Shown in pieces: positions 19,402 to 29,035 of a stretch of 64,000 bases of DNA (position 1 is its first letter; each line of letters opens with the position of its first letter). Origin of the DNA: an uncultured Sphingomicrobium sp. Its GTDB lineage: Bacteria > Pseudomonadota > Alphaproteobacteria > Sphingomonadales > Sphingomonadaceae. The stretch is from positions 49,099-113,098 of the forward strand of contig CAXTED010000008.1 of NCBI GenBank assembly GCA_964243335.1, in the 5' to 3' direction. The notes beneath the pieces were generated by a model, which saw only the letters and a program-made list of their open reading frames with translations, was not told where the DNA came from and made no database searches. The translations under genes and the position numbers were made by a program.

Positions 19402-19581
19402 TCAGGCTTCGGTCGAGATAATCTCGCGGCCGTTATAATGGCCACAGCCCGAGCACAGGATGTGCGGCAGCTTGAGCTCGCCGCAGTTCTTGCACTCCTG
19501 GAAATTAGCAGGGGTCAGCGCATCGTGGCTGCGGCGCATATTGCGCTTGGAGGGCGAGGTTTTTCTTTTGGGGACGGCCAT
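19402..19581 (-). CDS. rpmF: 50S ribosomal protein L32
   Basis: This gene is not in the ORF track because it encodes 59 aa. My translation of the reverse strand is [59 protein letters not shown]. It has the canonical L32 N-terminus and CxxC..CxxC zinc ribbon, and lies 14 nt upstream of plsX. Confidence 0.9.
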   Translation of the reverse strand: MAVPKRKTSPSKRNMRRSHDALTPANFQECKNCGELKLPHILCSGCGHYNGREIISTEA

Positions 19582-19924
19582 TGCGGCACCTGTTCTCGAA
19601 TGATCAAAAAAAGAATGCGACGAGCCTCATCCAGGGAGGTTCGTCGCTAGCGAGCCGCCCTATAGCGAAAACCCAGTCCGGCGCAACCCGCTTGGGCGGC
19701 AGGGGATTGATGCGGCGAGCAGCCGTTCTGGCCGTCCCGCCTGAACTTGCGGTTGCATCCCTGTGGCTGGAGAGTGCCGTTGCAGCGCTTCGATGATCAA
19801 CCAACGCCATGATGGAAGCGTCCCGGCACCTCCCATTTTGCGCCCAACTTCGGAACCGTTGCGGACGTGTAAGAGTCTGACATCGTGCGGTCATCCACGG
19901 CCGTTGGCATTGGAAAGGGCGGAT

Positions 19925-20179
19925 ATGAACCTCATCATCATCCTGATCGTCGGCGCTCTGGTTGGCTGGCTTGCCGGTTTGATCATGCGCAGTGGCGGCG
20001 GCATTGTTTTCGACATCATCGTCGGGATTGTTGGCGCGGTGATCGCGGGCTTGCTCTTCGGAGGCTCGATCCTCGATGCTCCACTGAGCGTACCGGCCAT
20101 TCTGTACTCGCTGCTCGGCGCGATCATTCTTCTCGCCATCGTCAACTTTGCACGGCGCGGCAGAAGCCGGCGTCTTTGA
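19925..20179 (+). CDS. GlsB/YeaQ/YmgE-family stress-response membrane protein
   Basis: The internal ATG at 19925 gives an 84-aa protein, MNLIIILIVGALVGWLAGLIM..IVGIVGAVIAGLLF.., the typical transglycosylase-associated (GlsB) pattern. Confidence 0.8.
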   Translation: MNLIIILIVGALVGWLAGLIMRSGGGIVFDIIVGIVGAVIAGLLFGGSILDAPLSVPAILYSLLGAIILLAIVNFARRGRSRRL

Positions 20180-20221
20180 TCCCAGCAAGCTTCGAACATT
20201 TTAGGTCGGAAGGACGAAAAT

Positions 20222-20488
20222 ATGAGTGATCAATTAGACGAGCAGACGAACCTTGGGCAGGCAACCAGCGGCGACATCACGCCAGCGCAGACTTCGCCAA
20301 CCGGCGGGTCGCAACAGCGGCCGGACGGACTTATCCAAAAGGTCGAAGGCGTCGTGGAACAAGCCGTCGAGGGCGCGATCCAGAAGGCCACGGATGTGGT
20401 GGACGGAGCGATCGACACCGTCGCCGACGCAGCCAAGCGCGCGCTCGGCGGCGACACCTCGTCGAACCCCAAGACTCCTGCCGAGTAA
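20222..20488 (+). CDS. Small acidic hypothetical protein (88 aa)
   Basis: It lies 42 nt downstream of the GlsB gene with an RBS-like GGAAGGA. A repetitive amphipathic segment (VEGVVEQAVEGAIQKATDVVDGAIDTVADAAKRAL) is present. I recognise no family. Confidence 0.5.
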   Translation: MSDQLDEQTNLGQATSGDITPAQTSPTGGSQQRPDGLIQKVEGVVEQAVEGAIQKATDVVDGAIDTVADAAKRALGGDTSSNPKTPAE

Positions 20489-20639
20489 TTAGGCTCGGTT
20501 CGTTGATGCATCGAGGGAGCTACCGGACTTGTCCTGGTAGTTCCCCCCGATGATCCTGGAAGCGCACTCGCACGAACCGGTTCTGAGTTGGATGTCTTTC
20601 CTGCTGGGTCACGCGCGCAATGACCGTTAGGAAGCAGGT

Positions 20640-22079
20640 ATGAGCCTGATGCGGATCAACGGTCTTTTAGCTTTGTGCGCCGTCGCGGGATCTGCGGCGG
20701 CGGCTGCTCCTCCTCAAGCGATGACAGATGCCGGCCGGGTGCAAGGAACCCTCTCCAGCGGCGTCAAGTCGTGGAAGGGCATTCCTTTCGCCGAGCCACC
20801 TGTCGGTGCCAATCGTTGGCGGGCACCGCAGCCGGCAGCCAAGTGGAGCGAGGTCAGAGACGCGAGCGAATACGGCCACGACTGCATGCAGCTTCCCTTT
20901 CCGAGCGACGCGGCGCCGCTTGGCACGGCGCCAAGCGAGGACTGCCTCGTCCTCAACGTGTGGGCGCCCGAAGGTGCGGCCAAGGGCGCCAAACTGCCTG
21001 TTGTCGCGTGGATGTATGGCGGCGGATTTCTCAATGGCGGCTCGTCGCCCCCGACTTATTCGGGCGCGAATCTGGCGCGCAAGGGCGTCATCTTCGTCAG
21101 CTTCAACTACCGTCTCGGTCGCTTCGGCACGTTCGTGCATCCGCGGCTGACCGCCGAAACGTCGGGCGGCGAACCAGTGGGCAATTACGGCTTCATGGAC
21201 CAGCTGGCCGCGCTGCGCTGGATCAAGCGCAACGTCGCTAGCTTCGGCGGCAACCCAGGCAACGTCACGCTGATAGGGGAAAGCGCCGGCGGCATGTCGG
21301 TGATCACCATGCTCACCTCGCCCATGGCCAAGGGCTTATTCCATCGGACCGTGATCATGTCCGGAGGAGACGGTCGGACTTCCGGTGCCGCTACTGGCCG
21401 CGCCCAGGTCGAACAAGCAAGCCTCACCTTCGCGGCGAGCAAGGGCATTGCGGCGAACGATCCGGAAGCGCTCGCCAAGCTGCGTGCACTGCCGGCGGAC
21501 GCCGTGGTGGACGGGTTGAATCTGGAGGACCTGTTCAACCCTACCGCAGGCTCCCCGACGTTCGCGGGACCATTCGTCGATGGCAAGCTCGCCGTTGATC
21601 CGGCAAGCGCCTTCGACAGCGGTCGCTTTTCCCATGTGCCGGTGATGATTGGGGCCACGAGTAACGACATCGGTGGTGCGACTGGGTACATGGTGACCGG
21701 CGCACGCGCTCTTGCGGGGAAGATCGGCGCGGCAGGTGTCCCGGTTTATAAGTACCGCTTCTCCTACGTCGCGAGTTCGGTCGGCAAGGCCGGCGCCGAT
21801 CATGCAACGGACATTCCGTTCTTCTTCGGGACCGAAGCGCTCAAATATGGCGACCAAAGCACTGCTCGCGACCTTAGAATGGGCCTGACGATCAGCACCT
21901 ATCTGGTCAACTTCGCTGTCAGCGGTAATCCGAATGGCAAAGGTCTTCCCACATGGCCGTCTTACAAGCGCACTCGGGACAAAATCATGAATTTCGCGGC
22001 GAATGGCAGAGCAGTTCCCGGCGATGATCCTTTGATCGGAGCCCTTGATGCCGCTTCCGTGGACCTGCCCGCGAAGTAA
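20640..22079 (+). CDS. Carboxylesterase/lipase, type B family (secreted)
   Basis: Signal peptide, EDCLVLNVWAP, WMYGGGF oxyanion region, and nucleophile GESAGG. Confidence 0.9.
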   Translation: MSLMRINGLLALCAVAGSAAAAAPPQAMTDAGRVQGTLSSGVKSWKGIPFAEPPVGANRWRAPQPAAKWSEVRDASEYGHDCMQLPFPSDAAPLGTAPSEDCLVLNVWAPEGAAKGAKLPVVAWMYGGGFLNGGSSPPTYSGANLARKGVIFVSFNYRLGRFGTFVHPRLTAETSGGEPVGNYGFMDQLAALRWIKRNVASFGGNPGNVTLIGESAGGMSVITMLTSPMAKGLFHRTVIMSGGDGRTSGAATGRAQVEQASLTFAASKGIAANDPEALAKLRALPADAVVDGLNLEDLFNPTAGSPTFAGPFVDGKLAVDPASAFDSGRFSHVPVMIGATSNDIGGATGYMVTGARALAGKIGAAGVPVYKYRFSYVASSVGKAGADHATDIPFFFGTEALKYGDQSTARDLRMGLTISTYLVNFAVSGNPNGKGLPTWPSYKRTRDKIMNFAANGRAVPGDDPLIGALDAASVDLPAK

Positions 22080-22080
22080 G

Positions 22081-22100
22081 CCGTGCCGTGTGTGGCACGG
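22081..22100 (+). terminator. Hairpin just after the esterase stop (CCGTGCC-N6-GGCACGG), no T-tract
   Basis: A perfect 7-bp inverted repeat was read directly, starting 2 nt after the stop. Confidence 0.35.
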
Positions 22101-22214
22101 ATGCATCAGTTCGCGACATAAGACCTCGTCAGGGGTCGCAGAACGAAACCCTCTACCTACGTACCGGTTTCAAACAACCTCAGTACCTTCACCAACCACA
22201 TAGGGGTAAGCCCA

Positions 22215-23279
22215 ATGAGACTTTATCTTCTCGCCGCAACGGCGGTCGTCGTGATGGCGGCTCCGGCAGTGGCACAGACCGGCGGTTACGTCGGTGTCGA
22301 AGGAGGCGTTCTCTTTCCGAAGCGCCAGAACGGTAACTACACGTCGACATTCTCGCAGACGGTTCAGACACCTGCCGCCGGCACAGTGGCTGCAGCTCCT
22401 GGGACCGGCGTTGTTGGCACCGTTGCAGCCGCGCCTGTCGCGATCAGCGGCAACTCCCGCATCAAGTACAAGCGCGGCTACGACGTCGACGCGATCGCTG
22501 GCTACGACTTCGGCATGTTCCGGCTCGAAGGCGAAGTCGGCTACAAGCGTTCCAAGCTGAAGAATTTCAGCCAGGATGGGACGTTCATCACCGGCGTGAC
22601 CACCGGATTGAACCCAACGGGTACGACTGGCACGGTATTCGCTTTCCCAACGGGCGATTCGGGCGCCTTCGACCTGGGCAACCGCGTCAGTGTCCTCTCG
22701 GGCATGATCAATGGCTTGGTTGATATCGGCGGCACCACCGGTCCGGCTTTCTACGCTGGCGGCGGCGCGGGCCGTGCTCGCGTCAAGGCGTTCCGCGACC
22801 GTGACGATGTCTGGGCCTACCAGGGCATCGCGGGCGTTCGCTTCCCGATCAGCTCCAACGTCGACATCGGCCTGAAGTACCGTTACTTCCGGACCGGCCG
22901 TCTTGACCTGGATCCAGGCGTCGCCAGCTTCAGTTCGGCGCGTACCGCTGTTGTACCCAATGTCGCGGGCGGCACGGTTGCGGCTCCCATCCCGGGAACT
23001 GGGACGACCACGGTCAACTTCACCCGCTCGGCTGCCCTTGCCGGTGACTTCGGGAACCGCTTCACTTCGCACAGCCTGTTGCTGACCCTTGGGTTCAACT
23101 TCGGTGCCGCAGCTGAAGCACTGCCACCACCCCCGCCGCCGCCACCGCCGCCACCACCACCACCACCGCCGCCAGCAACGCAGACTTGCCCAGACGGTTC
23201 GGTGATCCTGGCGACCGACGTGTGCCCGGCTCCTCCTCCTCCGCCTCCGCCGCCACCGCCGGCGCCTGAGCGCGGCTAA
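22215..23279 (+). CDS. Outer-membrane beta-barrel protein (OmpA-like TM / OMP_b-brl family) with polyproline/Cys-loop C-terminal tail
   Basis: Signal peptide MRLYLLAATAVVVMAAPAVA. Alternating beta-strand text (GGYVGVEGGVLF, FRLEGEVGYKRS, YQGIAGVRFPISSNVDIGLKYRYF, SLLLTLGFNFG). The tail has 17 Pro codons, then TQTCPDGSVILATDVCPA, then 10 Pro codons. Confidence 0.8.
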   Translation: MRLYLLAATAVVVMAAPAVAQTGGYVGVEGGVLFPKRQNGNYTSTFSQTVQTPAAGTVAAAPGTGVVGTVAAAPVAISGNSRIKYKRGYDVDAIAGYDFGMFRLEGEVGYKRSKLKNFSQDGTFITGVTTGLNPTGTTGTVFAFPTGDSGAFDLGNRVSVLSGMINGLVDIGGTTGPAFYAGGGAGRARVKAFRDRDDVWAYQGIAGVRFPISSNVDIGLKYRYFRTGRLDLDPGVASFSSARTAVVPNVAGGTVAAPIPGTGTTTVNFTRSAALAGDFGNRFTSHSLLLTLGFNFGAAAEALPPPPPPPPPPPPPPPPPATQTCPDGSVILATDVCPAPPPPPPPPPPAPERG

Positions 23280-23332
23280 GGGGAAAAACAGGACTGGTCT
23301 CACAGATCAGTCCTGCTTCCACTGCAAACCCG

Positions 23333-23371
23333 AAAAGCGGTTCAGCTGTATAGCTGGGCCGCTTTTTCCAT
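23333..23371 (+). terminator. Rho-independent terminator downstream of the OMP gene
   Basis: AAAAGCGG-tt-CAGCT-gtat-AGCTG-gg-CCGCTTTT followed by a T-rich run. A second 8-bp perfect hairpin (CAGGACTG..CAGTCCTG) sits at 23289-23315. Confidence 0.7.
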
Positions 23372-23513
23372 TTTGAGGGACATGATCGGGTCGCATGGGA
23401 GACGATCGTTCCCGCCGCACTGGATAGTCGGCTGGTATCCGGCCGCCACGAACGAGGCACCTTTACGATGGCTGCGCGTTTGCCGTGACAACAATCATGA
23501 ATGGAGCTGTACT

Positions 23514-23780
23514 ATGAACATCGACACTCTCGCCGGCCAGGGCACGGACCTCAAAGGCCAGTTCAAGGAAGGGCTCGGCAATGCCACCGGCGATCCGGCG
23601 CTTCGGCAGGACGGAATCGCCGATCAGATTTCCGGCAACGCACGCAAGGGATTCGGTGCCTTGAGGGACTTCGCCCAGGAGCGGCCTTTCGCGGCGGCTG
23701 CCGTGGCAGGCGTGGTCGGCATGGCCGTGCTGGGTAGCCTGCGCGGTAAGCAGACCGGAACCCGCAGAACGCGGGATTAA
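23514..23780 (+). CDS. CsbD-family stress protein with C-terminal hydrophobic segment
   Basis: The internal ATG at 23514 gives an 88-aa protein: GQGTDLKGQFKEGLGNATGDPALRQDGIADQISGNARKGFG, then FAAAAVAGVVGMAVLG. Confidence 0.75.
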   Translation: MNIDTLAGQGTDLKGQFKEGLGNATGDPALRQDGIADQISGNARKGFGALRDFAQERPFAAAAVAGVVGMAVLGSLRGKQTGTRRTRD

Positions 23781-23877
23781 GGCCTGGGTCGGGGTGCTAG
23801 ACCCCGAGGTTTAATCGACGACCGACCGACCGAGGGAGGGAGCTTGCTGCACCGCAGCTCTCTCCCTCTTTCGATTC

Positions 23878-26505
23878 TTAGGAATGGGCCTGTAACCACC
23901 GCGTGATGGCCGGCGTCGCGGCTTTACGGATGCGAATGCGGTCCTGGATGCGGCCGATCGCAATGTCTGCGGGGCGGCGAGACTGGGGCGTCATATACCG
24001 GGTCGCATAATCCTGAAGCTTGGCGATCATCGCCGGGTCCGACGATCCTCCGGCCAGCGCCGGAAAGAAGCGGGACGACGACGAGGCATCGACTAACCCA
24101 GCGACCTGCACACGGTTGGCGAGCGCGAAGTCGAACGCCAAGTCCGGATGATTGCCAGCGACCGCTCCGATCATAGCGCTGCTGTTCGTCGCTCCGGGTT
24201 CCGGGGTCAGCGCCAGCGCCAAAGCCCGGCGGGCGAGCGCTTCATCCTTGGTCGACGCAAGCAGGCGATACAATTGGGTGCGGACAAGTGGCACCTTTTC
24301 CGCCAGCGCTTGCGCATGGAGCCGGTCCCAGGTTGCGGCGTCGGCATTGTAGGCGACGATGCCCAGGATCGTGGTGCGAAGCGGGCCGTTGAGAGCCTGC
24401 GGATCGCGTTCCAGCGCGGCAAAGCGGCGGCGTGCTTCGGCTGTTACCGAAGGATCGCCGAGCCCACCGAGGGCGGAGATCAAGCCGGAACGCAGAACGG
24501 CGTCATTGCTCGGCTCGCCGGTGCGCGGGTTCATGCCGAGGCGCGCCAGAACGGGGGACAGCTTGGCGGTGGCGTAGCGCGCAACCAGCGCCTGATGGGC
24601 GTTATCGCCTTCGTAGAGGTTGTAAGCGCTTGAAAGAACGCCGGCCGCGCGGCCGACAAGCTGCGTGTTCGCTTGGGCCGGCATGCGATCGATCAGGTCG
24701 AGTGCCAAGCTTCAGGATTGATACCCCGCAAGACCCAGGCCCCAATTGTCCGAAAGCAGGCCGATCTGGTCCGCCGGCTCCAGCGTGGGATAGCCGGCAA
24801 TGATTCGGCTCAGCAGTTCGGGCGCGTAGAGCGTACGATAGTAGCCCGTCTGGCCGCGGTTGACGACGACGGCGCCGCAACCCGGGAGCGCCACATTGGC
24901 GCTGCCACCTTCGACGAGTGTCCTTGCAGTCTTGCCCCCGGCCACGGCGGCGATCACCGGAACGCGCCACGCGAGTGACTTCTTATTGGGGTTGTCGCGG
25001 CTGAACTCCCTTTGGGTCAGTGCCACCTGCGTCGTCCCGCCGCTGCACGCGCCGCCGCTTACGCGGATTAGGGGCACGCCTGGCTGAAGCGTGAAGTCGT
25101 GCGCGATGGCGGTGATCGGCTTGCCGGCCGCGCGCTCAACCTCCGTCCACAGATTGTCCGTCACCGTGTTGCCGAACTTGTACTTCGCCATGTAGCTGCG
25201 AACGCCCTGCCGCCAGGCATCCTCGCCGACATAATCCTCGAGCATGGTGATCACCGCCTCACCCTTTTCATAGGTGATCGCGTCGAACGCCTGGCTGATC
25301 TCGTCGACCGTGGCGATGTTCTGGACGACCGGATGGGTCGTGCGCACGGCGTCGAGCCTGATGGCCTGCTCGCGGCCATCGAGACGCCCTAGGAGTACCT
25401 GCCATTCAGGATGGAAGTGGTCGGTTGCCTTGCTCGCCATCCATGAGGCAAAGCCTTCGTTGAGCCACAGGTCGTTCCACCATGCCATGGTGACGAGGTC
25501 GCCGAACCATTGGTGGGCCATTTCGTGCGCTTCCACCGCATAGATGCTCTGGCGCGTGGCATCGGTGGTGATGGCGGGATCAACCAGCAGGATGCTTTCG
25601 AACGAGAAGATCGCGCCCCAATTCTCCATGGCGCCGAAGAACTGACTGCTGCCGGGGCCGGCGACATTGTCGAGCTTGGGGAGCGGGAATTTCTGACCGA
25701 AGTAAGTGTTGTAGTAAGGGAGCAGTTCCGCCTCAGCGTCGAGCGCATAACGGCCCTTCTCGGCGTCGCCCTTCTTGGTGACCACGCCGACTTCGGTCCC
25801 GTCGGTCGTGCGCTTGGCGATCCGATCGAACTCGCCCACCGCCACGAACAGAAGGTAAGATGACATGGCGGGCGTAGTGCCAAAGCGCACCAGCGCCGAG
25901 CCGTCGGGGCGAGCTTCCCGCGAGCGTTCCGGCATGTTGCCGATCGCCATCTGACCGGCGGGGACGACCACCGCGAGGTCATAGGGCGTGCGAAACTGAG
26001 GTTCATCCCAGGACGGGAACATGCGCCGGGCGTCTGGAGCCTCGAACTGGGTGTAAAGCGCGCGCTTCGGACCGGACGCGCCCTGATAATCCAACGCGAA
26101 CAGGCCGGATGCCTGGCTGTTGATCTTGCCCGTGTACGCGATGTCGAGCTTGTAAGTGCCCGGCGTTAGGGCACGCGGAAGGGTGAAGGTTGCGGTTTGC
26201 GCGGCGGCATCGGTGCGCACGGTCGCCTTCCGGCCGGCCACTGTCGCGGAACGGATATCGAGATCCGCCGCATTGAGCGTCAGGCTATTGGTGGTGCTCA
26301 GCACGCGCACGTCAATCGTCGTGCGACCCGAGAAGCGCATGTTGGCCGCGTCGGGCACGATCTCGATGCTGTATTTGACCGGCCGCGCGCTGCGGGGAAG
26401 CTGCGTCGGGATCTCCGCGCGAGCGGGCGCAGGCTGCGCCGGAGCGGCGACGCTGGCCGAGAGCGCCAGAGCCGTGAGCGCGGTCGAGAGGAGAAGCTTG
26501 GTCAT
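23878..26505 (-). pseudogene. M1-family aminopeptidase (aminopeptidase N-like) interrupted by one in-frame TGA at 24712-24714
   Basis: The upstream ORF (24712..26505) has a signal peptide, the GAMEN motif (FFGAMENWG) and HEMAHQWFGDLVTMAWWNDLWLNEGFA. The downstream ORF (23878..24708) is the ERAP1-like C-terminal domain. Both are in the same frame, separated only by TGA-AGC. Confidence 0.8.
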
Positions 26506-26571
26506 GGGACGGAACTCCGGGAGGTCGATGGCTAGCGATAGATGGTCGAGCAGTGGTGGCGGGCCAGAACG

Positions 26572-28815
26572 CTAGGGCGCTGCCACCGGCTTGAGCTTGC
26601 GTCCGAAGAACTCAAGGCTGGCGCGGGTGCGGTGCAGGAGTGTCGCCTGCGACCAGCCAGCCCGGTGGCGCAAGCCGGGGTAGAGCTGCGTTTCGAAAGG
26701 AATCGATCGCGCCTGAAGCGCCGCCATCAACCGGGTGGAGTTGTCGAAGGTGACGTTGTCGTCCGCCATGCCGTGGATCAGGAGCAGCGCGCCTGGCTTC
26801 ATGTTGCCAAGCCGCGCGGTGACTTCCGAGCCGCTGTAAGCCTTTGCATCGGTCTGCGGCGTGCCAAGGTAACGCTCGGTGTAGCCGGTGTCGTAGAGCG
26901 TCCAGTCGGTCGGCGGTGCGCCCGCAATACCAGCGACGAACGGGCTGTTCGGCGTGGTCAGCAGCATCAGCGTCATGTAGCCGCCGTTCGACCAGCCGGT
27001 CATTCCGATCCGCATAGGGTCGACGAACGGCAACGTGGCGAGATGCGCCGCGCCGGCGAGCTGATCGGCAACTTCAAGCTCACCCATGCGCCGATCGATC
27101 GCGGTCTTGAACGCAACCGAGCGGTTCGGCGTGCCGCGATTGTCGAGCACGAACAAAATATAGCCGGCCTCCAGCCAAAGCTGGTCGGCGGGGTTGGCCC
27201 AGCCCTGGTTGACCAGTGCACCGGCAGGACCGCCGTATACCTGCACGACGACGGGGTACTTCTTGGCTGGATCGAACCCTGGCGGGGTTCGCATCGACCA
27301 CCAGAGTTTCTGGCCATCGTCGGCGTTGATGGTGCCGAATTCGGCCGTCCGCAGGCGGCCGCGATACGGCCAATAGGGGTGAGTAGGGTCGAGCTTATTC
27401 TGTTCGATCCAGCGAACCAGCGTCCCGTCTTCCCGGTACAGTCCGGTCTGCGGCGGGGTTTTCGGGTTCGAGAACGTGCCGGCAAAGGCGCCGCCGGTTT
27501 TCGACACGACCGCCGACCACCAGCCGCCGGCTTGCGTAAGTGCGCGCGGCGCTTCGGGCTTGTCCCAAGACACGGAGTAGAGCTGCCGTTCGATCGGAGA
27601 TGTCTTGCTGGCGGAGAAGATCGCCAGTTTCTTGGCTTCATCCACGCCCAGCAGCCCCGCGACGGGCCAGTCACCCGACGTCAGCTGCCGAAGCTCGCGC
27701 CCGTCCGCGGCGTGAAGGTAGAGGTGGCGGTTGCCAGACTTCTCCGACGACCACAAAAAGCCGCCGCCCTTGAGCGGTGTGAAATCGTGCGTTAGCTCAA
27801 CCCAATGCGGGCTCGTCTGGCTCAGCAGTACGCGTGAGGCGCCCGTCGCGGGGTTCACGCTGAGCAGATCGAGCCGGCGCTGGTCTCGGATCAGGCGCTG
27901 CACGAAGAGCGTGCGCCCGTCGGCCGACCAGTCGACCCGGGCGAGGTAGATGTCGGGATTGGTCCCCAGGTCGACCTTGACTCGCGAACCGCCTGCGACC
28001 GAGGTAATGTAGAGGTCGACCTTGGCGTTGGGACGGCCAACGCGCGGGTAGCGCTGCTGGACGATGGTCGCGCCGGTTGCGCCGATGTCTGGGCGAGGCA
28101 CGATGTCGACGCCGGTCTGATCGACATGGGCGAGCGCGATGCGATCCTCGCCCGGAGCCCACCAGTAACCGGTGTCGCGGTCGAGCTCCTCCTGGGCAAT
28201 GAACTCGGCCGTGGCCCAGCTCTTCTCCTCGGTGCCGCCGGTTGTCAGCGCGCGCGCCGCGCCACCAGCGGCCGGCATGACGAAAAGGTTATCGTCTCGG
28301 ACGAACGACACGAAGCGACCCTTCGGGCTGACCTTGGCATCGATCTCGTCCACGGCGGTATCGGTCAGCCGGCGAACCTTGGCGCCGGCGCGCTCGAACA
28401 GCCAGATATCGCCTTCGACGGGAACGAGGATGAAGCGGCCCTGCTGGTCCCAGGCGTAGTCGACGACGCCGCTGGACTGGACGCCTTGCCGCTCGCGCCG
28501 GCTCTTTTCGGCCTCGGACAATTCGCGTCCCTTGGGGGTAAGCGCCCGGCCGTCGACCAAAAGCTGCGGTGCTCCGCCGCGAACGTCGGCTGCCCACAGG
28601 TCGGTGATGCGCTGGTTGTCGGGCTTGGCCTTGAGGTAGGTGACCACGGATCCGTCGGGTGACAGTTTGACGCCGCGGGCGGTTGGACCGGATAGGCCAG
28701 GGTCCGCGAAGACCCGCTCAGGGGTAAGCCGATCAGACTGGGGAGCAGCGCTTTGGGCGCCTGCGGGCGCTGAAGTCAGACCGGCGGCGATGAGCAGAAA
28801 GTTGAGTGGCTTCAC
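26572..28815 (-). CDS. Dipeptidyl-peptidase IV (S9B family serine peptidase), secreted
   Basis: Signal peptide, DPP-IV N-terminal propeller text, nucleophile GWSNGGYM, and C-terminal IHGMADDNV..H. Confidence 0.9.
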   Translation of the reverse strand: MKPLNFLLIAAGLTSAPAGAQSAAPQSDRLTPERVFADPGLSGPTARGVKLSPDGSVVTYLKAKPDNQRITDLWAADVRGGAPQLLVDGRALTPKGRELSEAEKSRRERQGVQSSGVVDYAWDQQGRFILVPVEGDIWLFERAGAKVRRLTDTAVDEIDAKVSPKGRFVSFVRDDNLFVMPAAGGAARALTTGGTEEKSWATAEFIAQEELDRDTGYWWAPGEDRIALAHVDQTGVDIVPRPDIGATGATIVQQRYPRVGRPNAKVDLYITSVAGGSRVKVDLGTNPDIYLARVDWSADGRTLFVQRLIRDQRRLDLLSVNPATGASRVLLSQTSPHWVELTHDFTPLKGGGFLWSSEKSGNRHLYLHAADGRELRQLTSGDWPVAGLLGVDEAKKLAIFSASKTSPIERQLYSVSWDKPEAPRALTQAGGWWSAVVSKTGGAFAGTFSNPKTPPQTGLYREDGTLVRWIEQNKLDPTHPYWPYRGRLRTAEFGTINADDGQKLWWSMRTPPGFDPAKKYPVVVQVYGGPAGALVNQGWANPADQLWLEAGYILFVLDNRGTPNRSVAFKTAIDRRMGELEVADQLAGAAHLATLPFVDPMRIGMTGWSNGGYMTLMLLTTPNSPFVAGIAGAPPTDWTLYDTGYTERYLGTPQTDAKAYSGSEVTARLGNMKPGALLLIHGMADDNVTFDNSTRLMAALQARSIPFETQLYPGLRHRAGWSQATLLHRTRASLEFFGRKLKPVAAP

Positions 28816-29035
28816 AGAGGCATCCCGAAATCGAGGTCGCTCAGGTCGTGCGGGTGCGGGCGTCCGCGGTCAAGGCCTCCGGGGCGGCGGATCGGCGTGG
28901 ACCTTTCGGCGATGGGCCTGAAGTCGAGCGATCAAACGCCCAGGTTGGCGGGGGTGTCGAGCGGACTGGCAACGCCACAGTTCTGCGACCTCTGCTCACC
29001 CGCTATAAGCGTCACATGAGCCTTGTATCGCCGCA

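Noticed and set aside
19852-19880. GGAAC upstream of the GlsB gene as an EcfG -35 box
   Set aside because: The only CGTT follows immediately (GGAACCGTT). At N16-17 the sequence is GAGT/AGTC, so the spacing rule fails.
24712-24714. Reading the in-frame TGA of the M1 aminopeptidase as selenocysteine
   Set aside because: M1 aminopeptidases are not selenoproteins and the position is not catalytic. I see no convincing SECIS-like hairpin immediately downstream, so nonsense mutation or sequencing error is the simpler reading.
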